A stretch of DNA of 64,000 nucleotides from Octopus sinensis (GCF_006345805.1 NC_043010.1:63302001-63366000); one strand, 5' to 3'; shown: positions 1 through 12,059, numbered from the stretch's first letter. Notes: generated by a model from the sequence alone, not told the origin. Numbers and translations are program-made.

Positions 1-340
1 CTGTGGCCATGCTGGAGCACCGCCTTTAGATGAGCAAATCGACCCCAGGACTTATTCTTTGTAAGCCTAGTACTTATTCTATCAGTTTCTTTTGCTGAAC
101 CACTAACTTATGGGTAAGTAAGCACACTAGCATCGGTTGTCAAGCAATGTTAGGAGGACAAACACACACACATATACATATATACAACGGGCTTCTTTCA
201 GTTTCCATCTACCAAATCCACTCACAAGGCTTTGGTCAGTTCAAGGCTATAATAGAAGACACTTGCCCAAGGTGCCACACAGTGGGACTGAACCCGGAAC
301 CATGTAGTTGGTAAGCAAGCACACAGCCACTCCTGCGCCT
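1..340 (-). mobile_element. tRNA-headed SINE, family A (tail end cut by the window edge)
   Basis: Reverse complement of the aggcgcaggagtggctgtgtggtaag...gggttcagtccc head and the ccttgggcaagtgtcttct CORE-like segment. More than 15 full or partial copies are in the window. Confidence 0.85.
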
Positions 341-2477
341 GCTAACAATATTTCACTAAATTTTTAATAATTTTAAAAAATTAATTGTAACAAAGTCAGG
401 GTATTTCACAGACATATGGTAACAAAAGGGTTAAAGTGACCTGTACCTCTCCTGCTAAATATTGCTGTTGTTGTTTAACCCTAGGTCAGCTTTGAATGAG
501 CAGGCCTATGATCAGACACATTCCAACCAAGACTACATTATCCATTGAATTTTTTCTAAGACAATGGAAAGTGGAAATCTGGCTGCTATTTTTAGCAGCT
601 CAAGTAACCCCATTGAAGATATCAAACATTGAAATGAACTGACCCATGCACCATATACTTTCTTTTGTACTCTAAACACAAGGCCTGAGATTTCGGGAGA
701 GGAGGCCAGTTGATTAGATGGATCCCAGTATGCAACTGGTACTTAATTTTTTGACCCCGAAACGATGAAAGGCAAAGTTGTGCCAAGCTAGTGCCCATTT
801 TAAAATTTTACAATAATTCTTTCTACTGGAAGCACAAGGCCTCAAACTTGCGAGAAGGGATTAAGTCGATTACATCGACCCCAGAGCGTAAACTGGTACT
901 AATTTTATTGTCCCTGAAAGGATGAAAGGCAAAGTCGACCTCGGTGGAATTTGAACTCTGATTGTAACAGCAGATGAGATACCATTAAGCATTTTGCCTG
1001 GCATGCTAACCATTCTGCCAGCTCGCCACCTTAATGACAATAATAATAATGCTTTCAAATTTTGGTTCAGGGAAAGGGATAAGTTGACTTTAACAACCCC
1101 AGTGCATATCTGGTACTCATTTTATCAACCCTGAAAGGACAAAAGACAAAGTTGAACTCAGAATGTCAAGCTTTTGGAAACAAAAAAACTATGAGGGTAT
1201 CTCTTTGAAAAACACTCAGCTCTACTAAAGATTGGTGGAGGCGCGTGGCTTAGTGGTTAGAGTGTCAGCATCATGATTGTAAGATTGTGGTTTCGATTCC
1301 TGGACCAGGCAACCCGTTGTGTTGTTGACTGCAAGGCATTAACGAACCTGCCAGTTTGCCGTCTTAGCTGAAAGAAATGTTGGTCTCAAATTTCGACACA
1401 AGGCCAACAAGTTTGAGGGAGGGGGCAGTTGATAACATTGACTAAATTCTATGAAATATTTTACCTGGAATGCTAATGATTCTACCTGTTCACCTTCATC
1501 GTCATCATCATTTAACATCCGCTTTCCATGCTGGCATGGGTTGGACAGTTCAACATGGAGCTGTCCAGACTCCCAAGTGACCGCTGTGGCATGGCTTCTA
1601 CGGCTGGATGCCCTTCCCACTTAACAGAGTGTGCTGGGTGCTTTTTACCTGCCAACAATAAAGGGGTTCCCTCACAGAGTGAAGGGTAGATTGAAAAATG
1701 CTTGGGTACAAAGTGTGATATTGCATGGTTGCGAAAGACAGGTACTGATTTCAGAGGATGTGAAAAAAGGTTAGAGGGGACTGAAGCAAACAAGATGTGG
1801 TATATGTTTGTTGTTAGTGTGAGTGGATGACAGCAGAGGAGTTGACAGAAAAACTGAGTTTTATAAGGGGCCATTCCCTTTCTCATTATCTCCACCATTA
1901 ATTGTATAGTCTTCATACAAGCTAACACAAAAATTATCATTCACATCATCATCGTTTAGCGTCCGCTTTCCATGCTGGCATGGGTTGGACGGTGCAACTG
2001 GGGTCTGGGAAGACAGAAGGCTGCACCAGGCCCAGTCTGATCTGGCAATGTTTCTACGGCTGGATGCCCTTCCTAACGCCAACCACTCCATGAGTGTAGT
2101 CGGATGGTGCTTTTTACGTACCACCGGCACGGAAGCCAGTCAGGGCAGCACTGGCAACAGCCACGTTTGGATGGTTCTCTTATGTGCCACCAGCACTGAA
2201 TCACAGTGACAATTTCCATTACAATTTCACATACTACCTAAACCACCTCTACTACTATAACTCCCAACTAGCCTCCTTATTGACCCCTAACCATTAAAAT
2301 TTATTTTCTCCTCTCACTATTCCCTATCTGAATACCTCCCCAATTCCCCCACTAATACACTTAGCTCTCCACAAAATGTAAGATTTCTTCCCCAAAGACG
2401 GAGGCTCGTATCATCCGACAATGGAATCAATTTACAATCAATATCTGGACCACCAATCCCCCAGCAACAGCTGTTGG

Positions 2478-2852
2478 GGATCTTTTCAGTTTGAACGGCA
2501 GTTTTAAAACACTTTTAAACTTGGTATACTGGTAGAGTGTGTTTATAAAACATCTTTTTCTCTTGGCTTTATTGAGAAAATTCTATAGTTTGTAAGATAT
2601 TTGTTGTTGTTTTTTCTGCAATTTCAACCAATCAATGACGTCTATAGAGGTGAAAACATTGTGCCATATGAATATGTCCCTCGTTTAAGAAACAGATTGG
2701 GTTTATTTACATTTCTGAAAAAAAAAAGATACCCTTCCACCTAACCCTAAAACAGATTGAAATGCAATAGATCGATTCTAGGGTCATAATCATGGGTGAC
2801 AATTTCATATGACACCGCTAAGAAAAAACTGCCGTTCAAACCGAAAAGATCC
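2478..2852. mobile_element. MITE with 27-bp TIRs and 8-bp TSD (Merlin-like)
   Basis: TIRs GGATCTTTTCAGTTTGAACGGCAGTTT / AAACTGCCGTTCAAACCGAAAAGATCC (1 mismatch) and a perfect TSD GCTGTTGG (2470-2477, 2853-2860). The superfamily is inferred from the GG termini and 8-bp TSD. Confidence 0.8.
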
Positions 2853-3129
2853 GCTGTTGGATTTGTAATACTCGTCTTCAATGCTTTTAGTGTGTAAGAG
2901 AGGAGAACTGAACTGATAGAGACATGTGACGTATGAAGTGGATGAGGGTTGGGAAAAGAAGAGCCAAGTGGTTGAACTCTTTAGCATTCAGCTTCCTCTG
3001 GCAAAAGTAATGCTTATCGATTCACATCGTTTTGAATTAATTCTGCATTATCTTGTAGCTTTGAGATTTCAATTATGTGATTGTATAGTTTTAGAACGAC
3101 ATTGTAGGATAGGTGTGAAAGGCAGGATC

Positions 3130-3385
3130 TGGCCACTGTGAACACAAAACAGGTGGAATACTTAGGCTGGATATGGCTGGTTTAAACGCTAAATGGTTTA
3201 GTGGAAGGAATTTGTGAAAGAGAAACTCCAAGGAAGACGTAGGTAGAAGCAGCAAAAGCTGATCTCGGGATGCTTAACTTCACTAAGGAAATAAGGGACC
3301 ACAACAAGTGGCAAGATGCTGCATTAAGGAACACCCGTCCAACCCATGCAAACACAGAAAAGCAGATGTAAAGATGATGATTAGC
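3130..3385 (+). mobile_element. Decayed 3' end of an RTE LINE
   Basis: Translates to VEGICERETPRKT*..DL..L...DHNKWQDA..TRPTHA, resembling the RTE C-terminal GRPRKTW..DR..W motif, followed by the shared ccgtccaacccatgc...gatgatga tail. Confidence 0.6.
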
Positions 3386-3457
3386 ACAAAGTGACAAATT
3401 TGCATTGTTTATCCAATATATTCCAGCTTTGCAGGACCTCCTAGGTTAGTGAGATCA

Positions 3458-4250
3458 TTGTGCCAGGTAGAAACACCACTGATGCTATATTCCTGGTTTG
3501 GCAACTGCAGGAGAAATGCCTAGCCAAAGATAAACCCCTATATTTGGCTTTCGTGGACTTGGAAAAAGCCTTTGACAGGGTCCCCCGATCCCTTATTTGG
3601 TGGCCAATGTGGAAACTGGAGATTGACGAATGGTTAATAAGGGCTGTACAGGACCTATACAGAAAGGCCGTTAGTAGGGTTAGGATTGGCAATGAATATA
3701 GTGAAGAATTCCGGGTAGAAGTAGGGGTCCACCAAGGATCAGCTCTCAGCCCCCTCTTATTCATCATAGTCCTCCAGGCAATAACAGAGGAATTCAAGAC
3801 GAGTTGCCCCTGGGAGCACCTCTATGCTGATGACCTGGCCCTCATAGCAGAATCACTACCAGAACTAGAGAAGAAACTTCTAGTGTTGAAGCAAGGTTTA
3901 GAATCAAAAGGCCTTAGAGTCAATGTAGCAAAGACCAAAGTTCTAGTAAGTAGAAAGGTGAACACATCACACACCCTTTCAGGTAGGTGGCCTTGCTCTA
4001 TCTGTAGAAAAGGTGTAGGTAGAAACTCCATAAGACGTACCCAGTGTAAGCTATGAACGCATAAGAGGTGCAGCAACATAAAAAGGAAGATTAACGAGAA
4101 GATAGCTTTCGTGTGTGGCAGATGCACAGGGGCAATAGACACCACAGATACTCAGAAAACACATTTCATCACATGCCAGGGGGGAGAAACTAGAAGTAGT
4201 CGAACTGTCCAACCTATGCCAGCATGGAAAACAGACATTAAACGATGATG
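3458..4250 (+). mobile_element. RTE-clade LINE fragment: reverse transcriptase core plus PHD-like Cys/His finger, internally deleted and joined to the element's 3' tail
   Basis: RT motifs FVDLEKAFDRV, GVHQGSALSPLLF and LYADDL. There is a premature TGA at 4054-4056 (probably Trp) with the frame continuing beyond it. The fragment ends in gtccaacctatgccagcatggaaaacagacattaaacgatgatga. Confidence 0.9.
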
Positions 4251-4966
4251 ATTGTGGCTGATGTGCAGTTTCAACATCAGTAAGTTGATGTCTGAGGGTA
4301 AAAAATATTGGTAGGTGGGGACTAGATGTAGCTTAATAAAATTGGTGGCTGTTGTCAGGGGTACATCAGCTGTTATAGTAGCTGTAGAAAACTTAGAATA
4401 AACAGCATGTCTGTGAAATGGTGAATTGTTTGTTGACCCTTCTTCCCCCATTCTCCAATTCAGTTCTGACAGAGCAGAGAGACCAATGACCAAGACATTC
4501 CAGCTGAGACCTTTCCTCCAGGCAAGGTTGTCAGTGTGTCCATTTGTATGAAGGTAGGGAATGGTTTGAGGCAGATTTGGCTGCTTTTTCTAGCTGGTCT
4601 GACGAAGCTCACTCACTGACTCATGAGTCAGTGAGTGTAGTTTGTTGGTGAGTCTTTGTTAATTAGGTAGACATCATCATCATCAGACAGCTTTTATTAG
4701 TTCATATCTTTGTTGATATGGTCTAATGAGGTTTTTTCTATGAGTGAGCACCAACTCTTGTATCCCCAAAACCAGTACTCTATATGGTATTTGAAGTTAA
4801 TAGGGATCAGAAACTGACGAGGCCTAAAGGGTTTGCTAACATAAGTTATTCACTGCAGAGCTGAAAAATCCTTTAAAAAAAAAAGAACAAATACAAACAA
4901 AAAGGAAAACACTCGACTCAACAAAAGGCACAAAAATAAATGAATAAAACAAAAAGGAAATGTAAT

Positions 4967-4972
4967 TTTATT
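4967..4972 (-). terminator. Candidate polyadenylation signal (AATAAA) of ZNF-A
   Basis: tttatt on the + strand about 490 nt after the stop codon, followed on the minus strand by a long T/GT-rich tract (about 4870-4960). Confidence 0.5.
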
Positions 4973-5131
4973 CCCCTTATTCACACCTGTTTGGTGAAGT
5001 GACCCCTATGATACCAGAGACTGGTAAGGTCTGGAGATAACAAGTGTCTTTTTTTTTTTCTCTTCTTTTGTCTTTAGCAAAGCACCCTACATCACAGATC
5101 TGAAATACATCACACACACACGCACACACAC

Positions 5132-5162
<31 letters not shown>

Positions 5163-5461
5163 TACATGCATACACACACACACTCAGTCAACTTTAAATA
5201 TAATCCCATAGGTTAACAGTGTGTAACATTACAATCCTTGATTCCTGTTTTTTTTCTTCCCAGGAAATGAGAGCCACAACATCACTAAACTCTTTATCAA
5301 GATATAACCCTAGCCCTTACACTGCTCAATGGAATCAAACTGGGGTTGGTTTTTCTGTTTTGTTTGTTTGCTTTTTTTGTCATTAAACAGAATCTTTTCT
5401 GCAAGTGGGGCCTCACCCTTCCACAAAAGTGGAGGAACAATAAAATATCAAGGGAACTGCC

Positions 5462-6157
5462 TTAGGTGTTCCTTGTGTGCACACGTTGGTGTTTTTTTAA
5501 ATCACTACTTTGAGAATACTGTGCAGGACACATTTCACATTTGAATGGTTTTTCACTGCTATGGCTCATTCGATGTCGCTTCAAGAGACTGTATGTAGAG
5601 AAAGCAGCCGGACAAACTTCACACTGGAATGGTTTCTCACCCGTGTGTGTCCGGTGGTGCTGCTTCAGTGAAGAATTCCGAGAGAAAGCAGCCGAACAAT
5701 AATCGCATTTATAGGGTTTCTCACCGGTGTGGATCATGCGATGTTTCTTGAGGTCACAGTTTTGGGTGAACGCTGCTGAACAAAGGTCACACTTGAACGG
5801 CTTCAAGCCCGTGTGATTCATGTGGTGACGTTTGAGTAAACTACGCGTGGAGAATGCAGACGGGCACTCTTCGCACTTGAATGGTTTCTGCCCTGTATGA
5901 GTGAGGCCGTGTTGTTTGAGAGAACTGTTGCGCGAAAACGCCGCCCCACACGTGTAGCAGGTGAACGGTTTCTCCCCTGTATGAATCATGTTGTGTTTCT
6001 TTAGATCACTGCTCTGTAAGAACGCAGCAGAGCACACATTGCACTGGTATGGTCGCTGACCCTCATGGATCAACTTGTGCCGTCTTAAGAGACTCAACGT
6101 TGATAGCGAAGAACCACAGATCTGACAGTGACACATCTTGACCAATACATCAGCCAT
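5462..6157 (-). CDS. C2H2 zinc-finger protein, 8 tandem fingers, 231 aa, no recognisable effector domain (ZNF-A)
   Basis: Eight C-x2-C-x12-H-x3-H fingers with TGEKP-type linkers and no internal stops. An in-frame TAA ends 15 nt upstream of the ATG (context acaacATGg), which fixes the start. Confidence 0.93.
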   Translation of the reverse strand: MADVLVKMCHCQICGSSLSTLSLLRRHKLIHEGQRPYQCNVCSAAFLQSSDLKKHNMIHTGEKPFTCYTCGAAFSRNSSLKQHGLTHTGQKPFKCEECPSAFSTRSLLKRHHMNHTGLKPFKCDLCSAAFTQNCDLKKHRMIHTGEKPYKCDYCSAAFSRNSSLKQHHRTHTGEKPFQCEVCPAAFSTYSLLKRHRMSHSSEKPFKCEMCPAQYSQSSDLKKHQRVHTRNT

Positions 6158-6486
6158 GTTGTATCGAGAAAGTTAGTGGACCACGTCAGAGTGGAGGGAC
6201 ACAGGGCCTGAAACGCTGTTGTGATTGTCTGAGAGTGGGGTGGGGGCTATGTTCTCTCCTGCTTGAGAAATTTTAAACAGCCGTAGGAAGATTACCAGTC
6301 GTAGCCGAGGAATCAGTTTGATTAGTTTCTTGTATATTTCCCAGAGTTCTTTGTAATTTGTTGTCCTTCAGTTTTGGCACTTTATGAGGTGGATTTCATT
6401 AGGGGCTGGTGTACTTGGTGATTTTCTTCTAGAATCTTCCAATCTTCCATGTCTATACAACCACTGAGAAAGCCATTCTGACACAT
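6158..6486 (-). other. 5' UTR portion of the ZNF-A coding exon with 3' splice acceptor
   Basis: Minus strand reads aatttcttctgtttcAG|atgtgtcag, with AG at 6488-6487. The 329 nt from there to the ATG are non-repetitive. Confidence 0.65.
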
Positions 6487-6559
6487 CTGAAACAGAAGAA
6501 ATTAGATTCATCAAAAATATGCAAATATCATACTTATTATTATTAGTAGTAGTATTAGT

Positions 6560-7720
6560 ATTATTATTCCACTGAGGTTGACTTTGCCTTTCATTGTTTT
6601 GGGGGTTGATAAATTAAGTGGCAGTCAAACATTGGGATCACTGAAATCCACTAGGCACCCCCACTCAAAATTTCAGGCTTTGTGCCTATTGTAGAAAGCG
6701 ACAGAGATGTTAGCTCCCCAGGCAAAATGCTTAGTGGCATTTTTTCCGTCTTAACCTTCTGAGTTCAAATTCTGCCATGGTCAACTTTGCCTTTTGGGGT
6801 TGATAAAATAAGTACCTATTTCTTTACTACCCACAAGGGGCTAAACACAGAGGGGACAAACAAGGACAGACAAACGGATCAAGTCAATTACACTGACCCC
6901 AGTGCGTAACTGGTACTTAATTTATCGACCCCGAAAGGATGAAAGGCGAAGTCGACCTCGGCGGAATTTGAACTCAGAACGTAACAGCAGACGAAATACG
7001 GCTACGCATTTCACCCGGCATGCTAACAATTCTGCCAGCTCGCCACCTTATAAAATAAGTACCAGCTGAACATTGGGGTTGATATAATCAGCTTGTCTCC
7101 TCTCCACAAACTGCTGGCCTTGTACCAAATTTGAAATCATTATTGCTGTTGTTGTTGGTAAGGTGGTGAGCTGGCAGAATCGTTAGCATGCTGGATGAAA
7201 TACTTTGCGGTATTTCACCTGTCGCTCCGTTCTGAGTTCAAAATCCACCGAGGTCAACTTTGCCTTTCATCCTTTCAAGGTCAATAAATTAAGTACCAGT
7301 TGCATACTGGAGTCGATTTAATCAACTGGCCCCCTCCCCTCAAATTTCAGGCCTTGTACATACAGTAGATAGGATTATTGTTGTTAGCTAGAAGAATTAT
7401 TAACACGCTGGGCAACATGCTTAGTGGCAGTATGTTCTGAGTTCAAATTCCACTGAGGTCAACCTATCCTTTCTGGGTTGATAAAATAAGTACCAGTTGC
7501 ATATTGGGGTTGATGTAATCAACTTACCTCGTCCCCGAACTTGCTGGCCTTGTGCCAAAATTTGAAACCAAGAATAACTAACTAGCACAGGGACAAGGTT
7601 ACAAATTTCAGGAAGGAGTTTGTCAAATCAACCCCAGTACTTGACTGGTACTTTATTGAACTCAGAAGAATGAAAACCAAAGTTGACTTCGTCTGGATTT
7701 GAACTCAGAATGCAAAGAGA
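6560..7720. mobile_element. Cluster of nested SINE family B copies in the putative ZNF-A intron
   Basis: Repeated gcctttcatcctttcggggtcgataaa(t/a)taagtaccag domain. A young minus-strand copy (6818-7049) is nested in an older one with a 14-bp TSD, ATAAAATAAGTACC (6803-6816, 7050-7063). Confidence 0.8.
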
Positions 7721-7770
7721 TGTAACTGAATATCACTATCGCTCTACAACTTTTGCCAATCTACAACGCT

Positions 7771-8226
7771 TTGACCCTTTCGTTACCAACCTGGCTGAAA
7801 CCAGCTCTGAGTACAAATGTCTTGTTTTGATAAGTTTTGAATGAAAATCTTCCACCAAACCTTAGTCACAATTTATGTTCCTAACACTAGATTAACGATA
7901 ACTCAGTTATTTTACTAAATTCTTTGTTATATTTAAAATTAATTAAAAGAAACACAGAGCATCTCAACAGAAATATGGTAACAAAAGGGTTAAAATATAT
8001 AATAGAGAAGCAATTCTTAAATCTTTTGATACCAACCTGACTGAAACCAACTCTAGCTCTGAGTACAAATGTCTTGAAAATCTTCCACCAAACCTTAGTC
8101 ACAATTCATGTTCCTAACACTAGCCGAATGATAACTAAGTTATTTTACAAAATTCTTTGTTATATTTTAAAGTAAATGAAAGAAACACAGAGCATCTCAA
8201 CAGAAATACGGTAACGAAAGGGTTAA
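7771..8226. mobile_element. Head-to-tail dimer of a piggyBac-type MITE (family 1)
   Basis: Two monomers of about 205-220 bp bounded by (degenerate) TTAA-CCCTTT...AAAGGG-TTAA and separated by a 23-nt spacer. Confidence 0.75.
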
Positions 8227-11207
8227 AAACAATGCTAAGAGATTTAAATGGTTGGCTGAAGATGTGGAATATTGGCAGAGCAAGGACCATAAACTAAGGC
8301 AGAACATAATATGTCCAGAGTGACAAATAAGAGCAAGTTGATAGTGACAGGTACCTATGCGAGAATTGGAGTAAGAAGGTAAACTTGAAAAGATAGAGCT
8401 AGGCTATGTCAGTTTGTCAGAATATTTGACTAAGAAGAAAGCTACACAGAGATGTACTGAACTGCAGGTCTATCCAACCCACACAACAGTTCCTTCCCTT
8501 CCTACATCTTTCCTTGACAAAAGATTTCAGTCAGAGAGATGTGCTGGATAACAGCAGACCTAGCCAACCCACACAACAGTTCCTTCCTTCCTCATGTCTT
8601 TCCTTCAATTATTAACCTATAACTGAAAACAGATAACTTCCTTAAAGTTACTCCAGTTTTTGCTGCCCAACTCTAGGAAGGAGGGAGAGAACAATGGATA
8701 CAGCATAAGCAATAGTTTCCAACATGACCACAATACCAACAAATTTTGGGATAAGGGAACAGACGATCCAACTGACACCAGTATCAGACTGGTGTTCATT
8801 TTATCAGATACAGAAAAATGAAAGACAAAGTCTTAATGTTCTTCAAGAAATTCCATTCCCGTCTTAAGATGTTTCATAGGACTACTAACTCACTCCTGTA
8901 CGTAACTAGTACTTCGTTATATCAACCCTGGAGGAATGAAAAACAAAGTCGATCTTAGTGGGATTTGAACTCAGAATGCAATAAAGGCCATTACTAGGGA
9001 CTGTAAAACATTTTTCTCTGACGCTCTCCCGATTCAGAGAGTTCAAGTGATTCACCGTTGTGACTGCAATAACGAAAGTACACTCAACGTGACAGGTCAC
9101 CGATTTTATATAATGACAATGAGTGCAACACGAGCGACAAGTGTGCTGGAAGCAATTTTCAGAGTTTGTACTTCGGAAGGTTCGAACTGTGCGCAGGTCA
9201 GGATAACCTTTCGGTTTTCCAGCAGTCAATAAGAATGTCAACAGGGGCGATGAGATCGATAAGTGGGGGGCTGTGCAACAATTTGATGATGGAATGTCAA
9301 ACTAGGTGGGTGCTTTAACGTAGCAATCTGTTGGCTTTTACGGATTTGTGTTCGAATCCGATCGGGCTGTTTGAAAAAGCTTCTAGCACCGAGGGACAGA
9401 TGTATACCATAGGCATTGTAAAAAAAAAAACGGATGTCAGGAATTCAAAGAAAATCTAAATAAACTGCAGTCGAATAGAATATACAAGCGTTATGTAAAT
9501 TATATATACACACATTTAGTCCCAGGTTAACTCACACTGGGCAGACCTATTATCAAAAGCCGTCCAACCTTGACCAACACGTCTTTTTACGAGTATTTGA
9601 GACTACCGTATCTGGAAAATATCTGCCACTTCTAGACGGTCGAGCAATCACACAGAGGCTCTCCCTCGTGGGGCCCGAGATGTGTTCGAGTAAAACATAT
9701 TCATACATACAGATATATATTCTTTTACAAAATACCTATACATGTGCGTACACATGGATTTGAATATGTGTTTCACTCGATTCAGGAATATATAGACATA
9801 CGAGTGTGTGTGTATGTGTGATTTAAAGCTATGACTGCGCTTCGGGTTCGAATCATAGGCGCTGCATAATATAAAATAATAATCATTTCAATAAAATGTT
9901 CCTTCACTGCTAGAAACAAACGCACGGTCTCCTCACATTCAACCATCTTAAGAAACATAAAAAAAAGATATGCCACACTAAATAATGAATCTAGTCCCTA
10001 ATATACAAAAGACAGAACGGTTCTGGTTGACTTCCTTTTGGATGTAAAGTCTCCTCGACCAGGACTGACCTGGAACTCAACAACCCAAATACAAGGCTTA
10101 AAACTACATTACAGCGTATATTTTACCTTAATCCTTAGACTATAATTACATACATTAATCCATATCCTTCCTCAAAAATTTAGAATCCTAAATATAAAAG
10201 AAAAACACAAGAAAACCTGATCAAATAACAAAATTAATTGGGTTTTTAATCGATTTATTATTTTGCTTAAGACATTCTGAATAAAACTTGGATTTATTTT
10301 CCCCACAAGATGTACAAGACTTAATACAATTCTATAAATTGTGTTGTCATTGTGCACAAACCATATACTGTCAGTAAATAAACTACTTCAGTTATCAATC
10401 GTTTAATTAAACTGCCTAATTGCCTTTATAATTAGTTATATTTAAATGGAATGTGTTGTTTTATTTCTCCCCTACCGTCCCTAACTAATATTTCCGTTGA
10501 CCCCAAATTCAGGGCCCGTGTTTCAATGTCACAACAAATTATAGTTAAGGTTACATTTGGAATAATTAAACATTAACAACAACATCATCGCCTTTATTTG
10601 CCACAAGGACAACAAATGATTACAAACAACGACTGTCAGCCTTGATCCAGCAGACGGACGACGTACGACTAAAGGCGTTCCAACCGTGACCATTTATTTT
10701 GTCTCCTTTTTTTTTATATTAGGGACTACATTGTCTAATGTGTCCTTCTTTTATTTAAGGAAGGATGTGATTTGAGGAAGATCTGGCTGCTATTTGTAGC
10801 ATTATAGTTGGTCGAGCGGCTGTGTAATGGTTCCATCGCTAGAAATAGCAGCCAAATTTTCTCAAACGACACCCTACCATCTTGAAAAAAGGACACGTTA
10901 CGTAAGGGATATATATATATGGATATATATGTATATATATACCCAGGATAGTTGGTCACGGTTGAAACATCTGTCGCCAAGAATCTTCAAAAACCAGGTT
11001 TGACCTGCGGTTCAACAACAGGCAAATGTTATTTTACTTGTTGTTTAACCCCAGGCTTGAGTTTGAGTATAACAGACTTATTATTATAGATAGACACTCC
11101 AGTCGTGACCATAACCAACAAGAACAAATGTGAGCAGAAAATTTTAGACAAATAAAATGAAGTGTGTGAGGATAAAAAAAAAAATAGCTGTAAATAATAT
11201 TTCTTAC

Positions 11208-11464
11208 CTGTCAGGGATCAATTTTCTTCAGCAATTATTTCCAGGAGATGCCGAGGAGGAGGAGGCTTCAGTGAAGAGGAAAGGAGACGTGGAGGAAAGA
11301 TTTGATGGTGTAAAGGCTACACAAGTGTCTTTTAGCAATTGCAGATGATAGAGAGAAACTCTGAGTACCGTCGACGTGAATCATCAGCTTCTTTCCTATT
11401 TAAACACTGCACTGTTACATTGAGTACTCCTTTCGCCTCGACTCGTTCCTTCTCCCGTTCGTAT
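11208..11464 (-). other. Candidate non-coding upstream exon of ZNF-A
   Basis: Consensus donor gacAG|GTAAGAa at 11208/11207 in unique, CpG-containing sequence. A weak acceptor (tttgtAG) lies at 11466-11465, or the exon may start at a TSS. The 5' boundary is uncertain. Confidence 0.5.
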
Positions 11465-11824
11465 CTACAAACCTATGTATGTATGTATGTGTGTGTTAAG
11501 AAAGTCAGATGTGTTTGTTTTCGAACGGGAACCTATTCAATGGGGGGACTTGACACCGCCTTACGGGGAGACAACTCATGACCATGACCGACATACAGAC
11601 AGACATCTACATAGAATATATATTTAGCTATGTAATGTGATATATATATATATATTTATGTGTATATATATATATATGTATGTATTTATGTATATATATA
11701 TATATATATGTATGTATTTATGTATATATATATATATGTATGTATTTATGTATATATATATATATGTGTATTTATGTATATATATGTTAGAAGTATTGGG
11801 GGTGATGTACAGATTTAATACATA

Positions 11825-11941
11825 TGAAAGAAAAAGGTGTTCAGAATGCTGGATGGTTGTAAAAATATATATATTTATTTACATATCACAAATATATATA
11901 TTTTTACAACCATCCAGCATTGTGAACACCTTTTTCTTTCA
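11825..11941. repeat. Near-perfect inverted repeat, 52-bp arms, 13-nt loop
   Basis: 11825-11876 is the reverse complement of 11890-11941 at 51/52 positions. Confidence 0.95.
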
Positions 11942-11952
11942 CACACACACAC

Positions 11953-12059
<107 letters not shown>

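Noticed and set aside
3441-4145. Minus-strand ORFs opposite the RT fragment
   Set aside because: Antisense frames of the decayed LINE.
8475-8605. Direct repeat of about 42 nt spaced about 89 nt apart
   Set aside because: Only two diverged copies; most simply a local tandem duplication in an old repeat.
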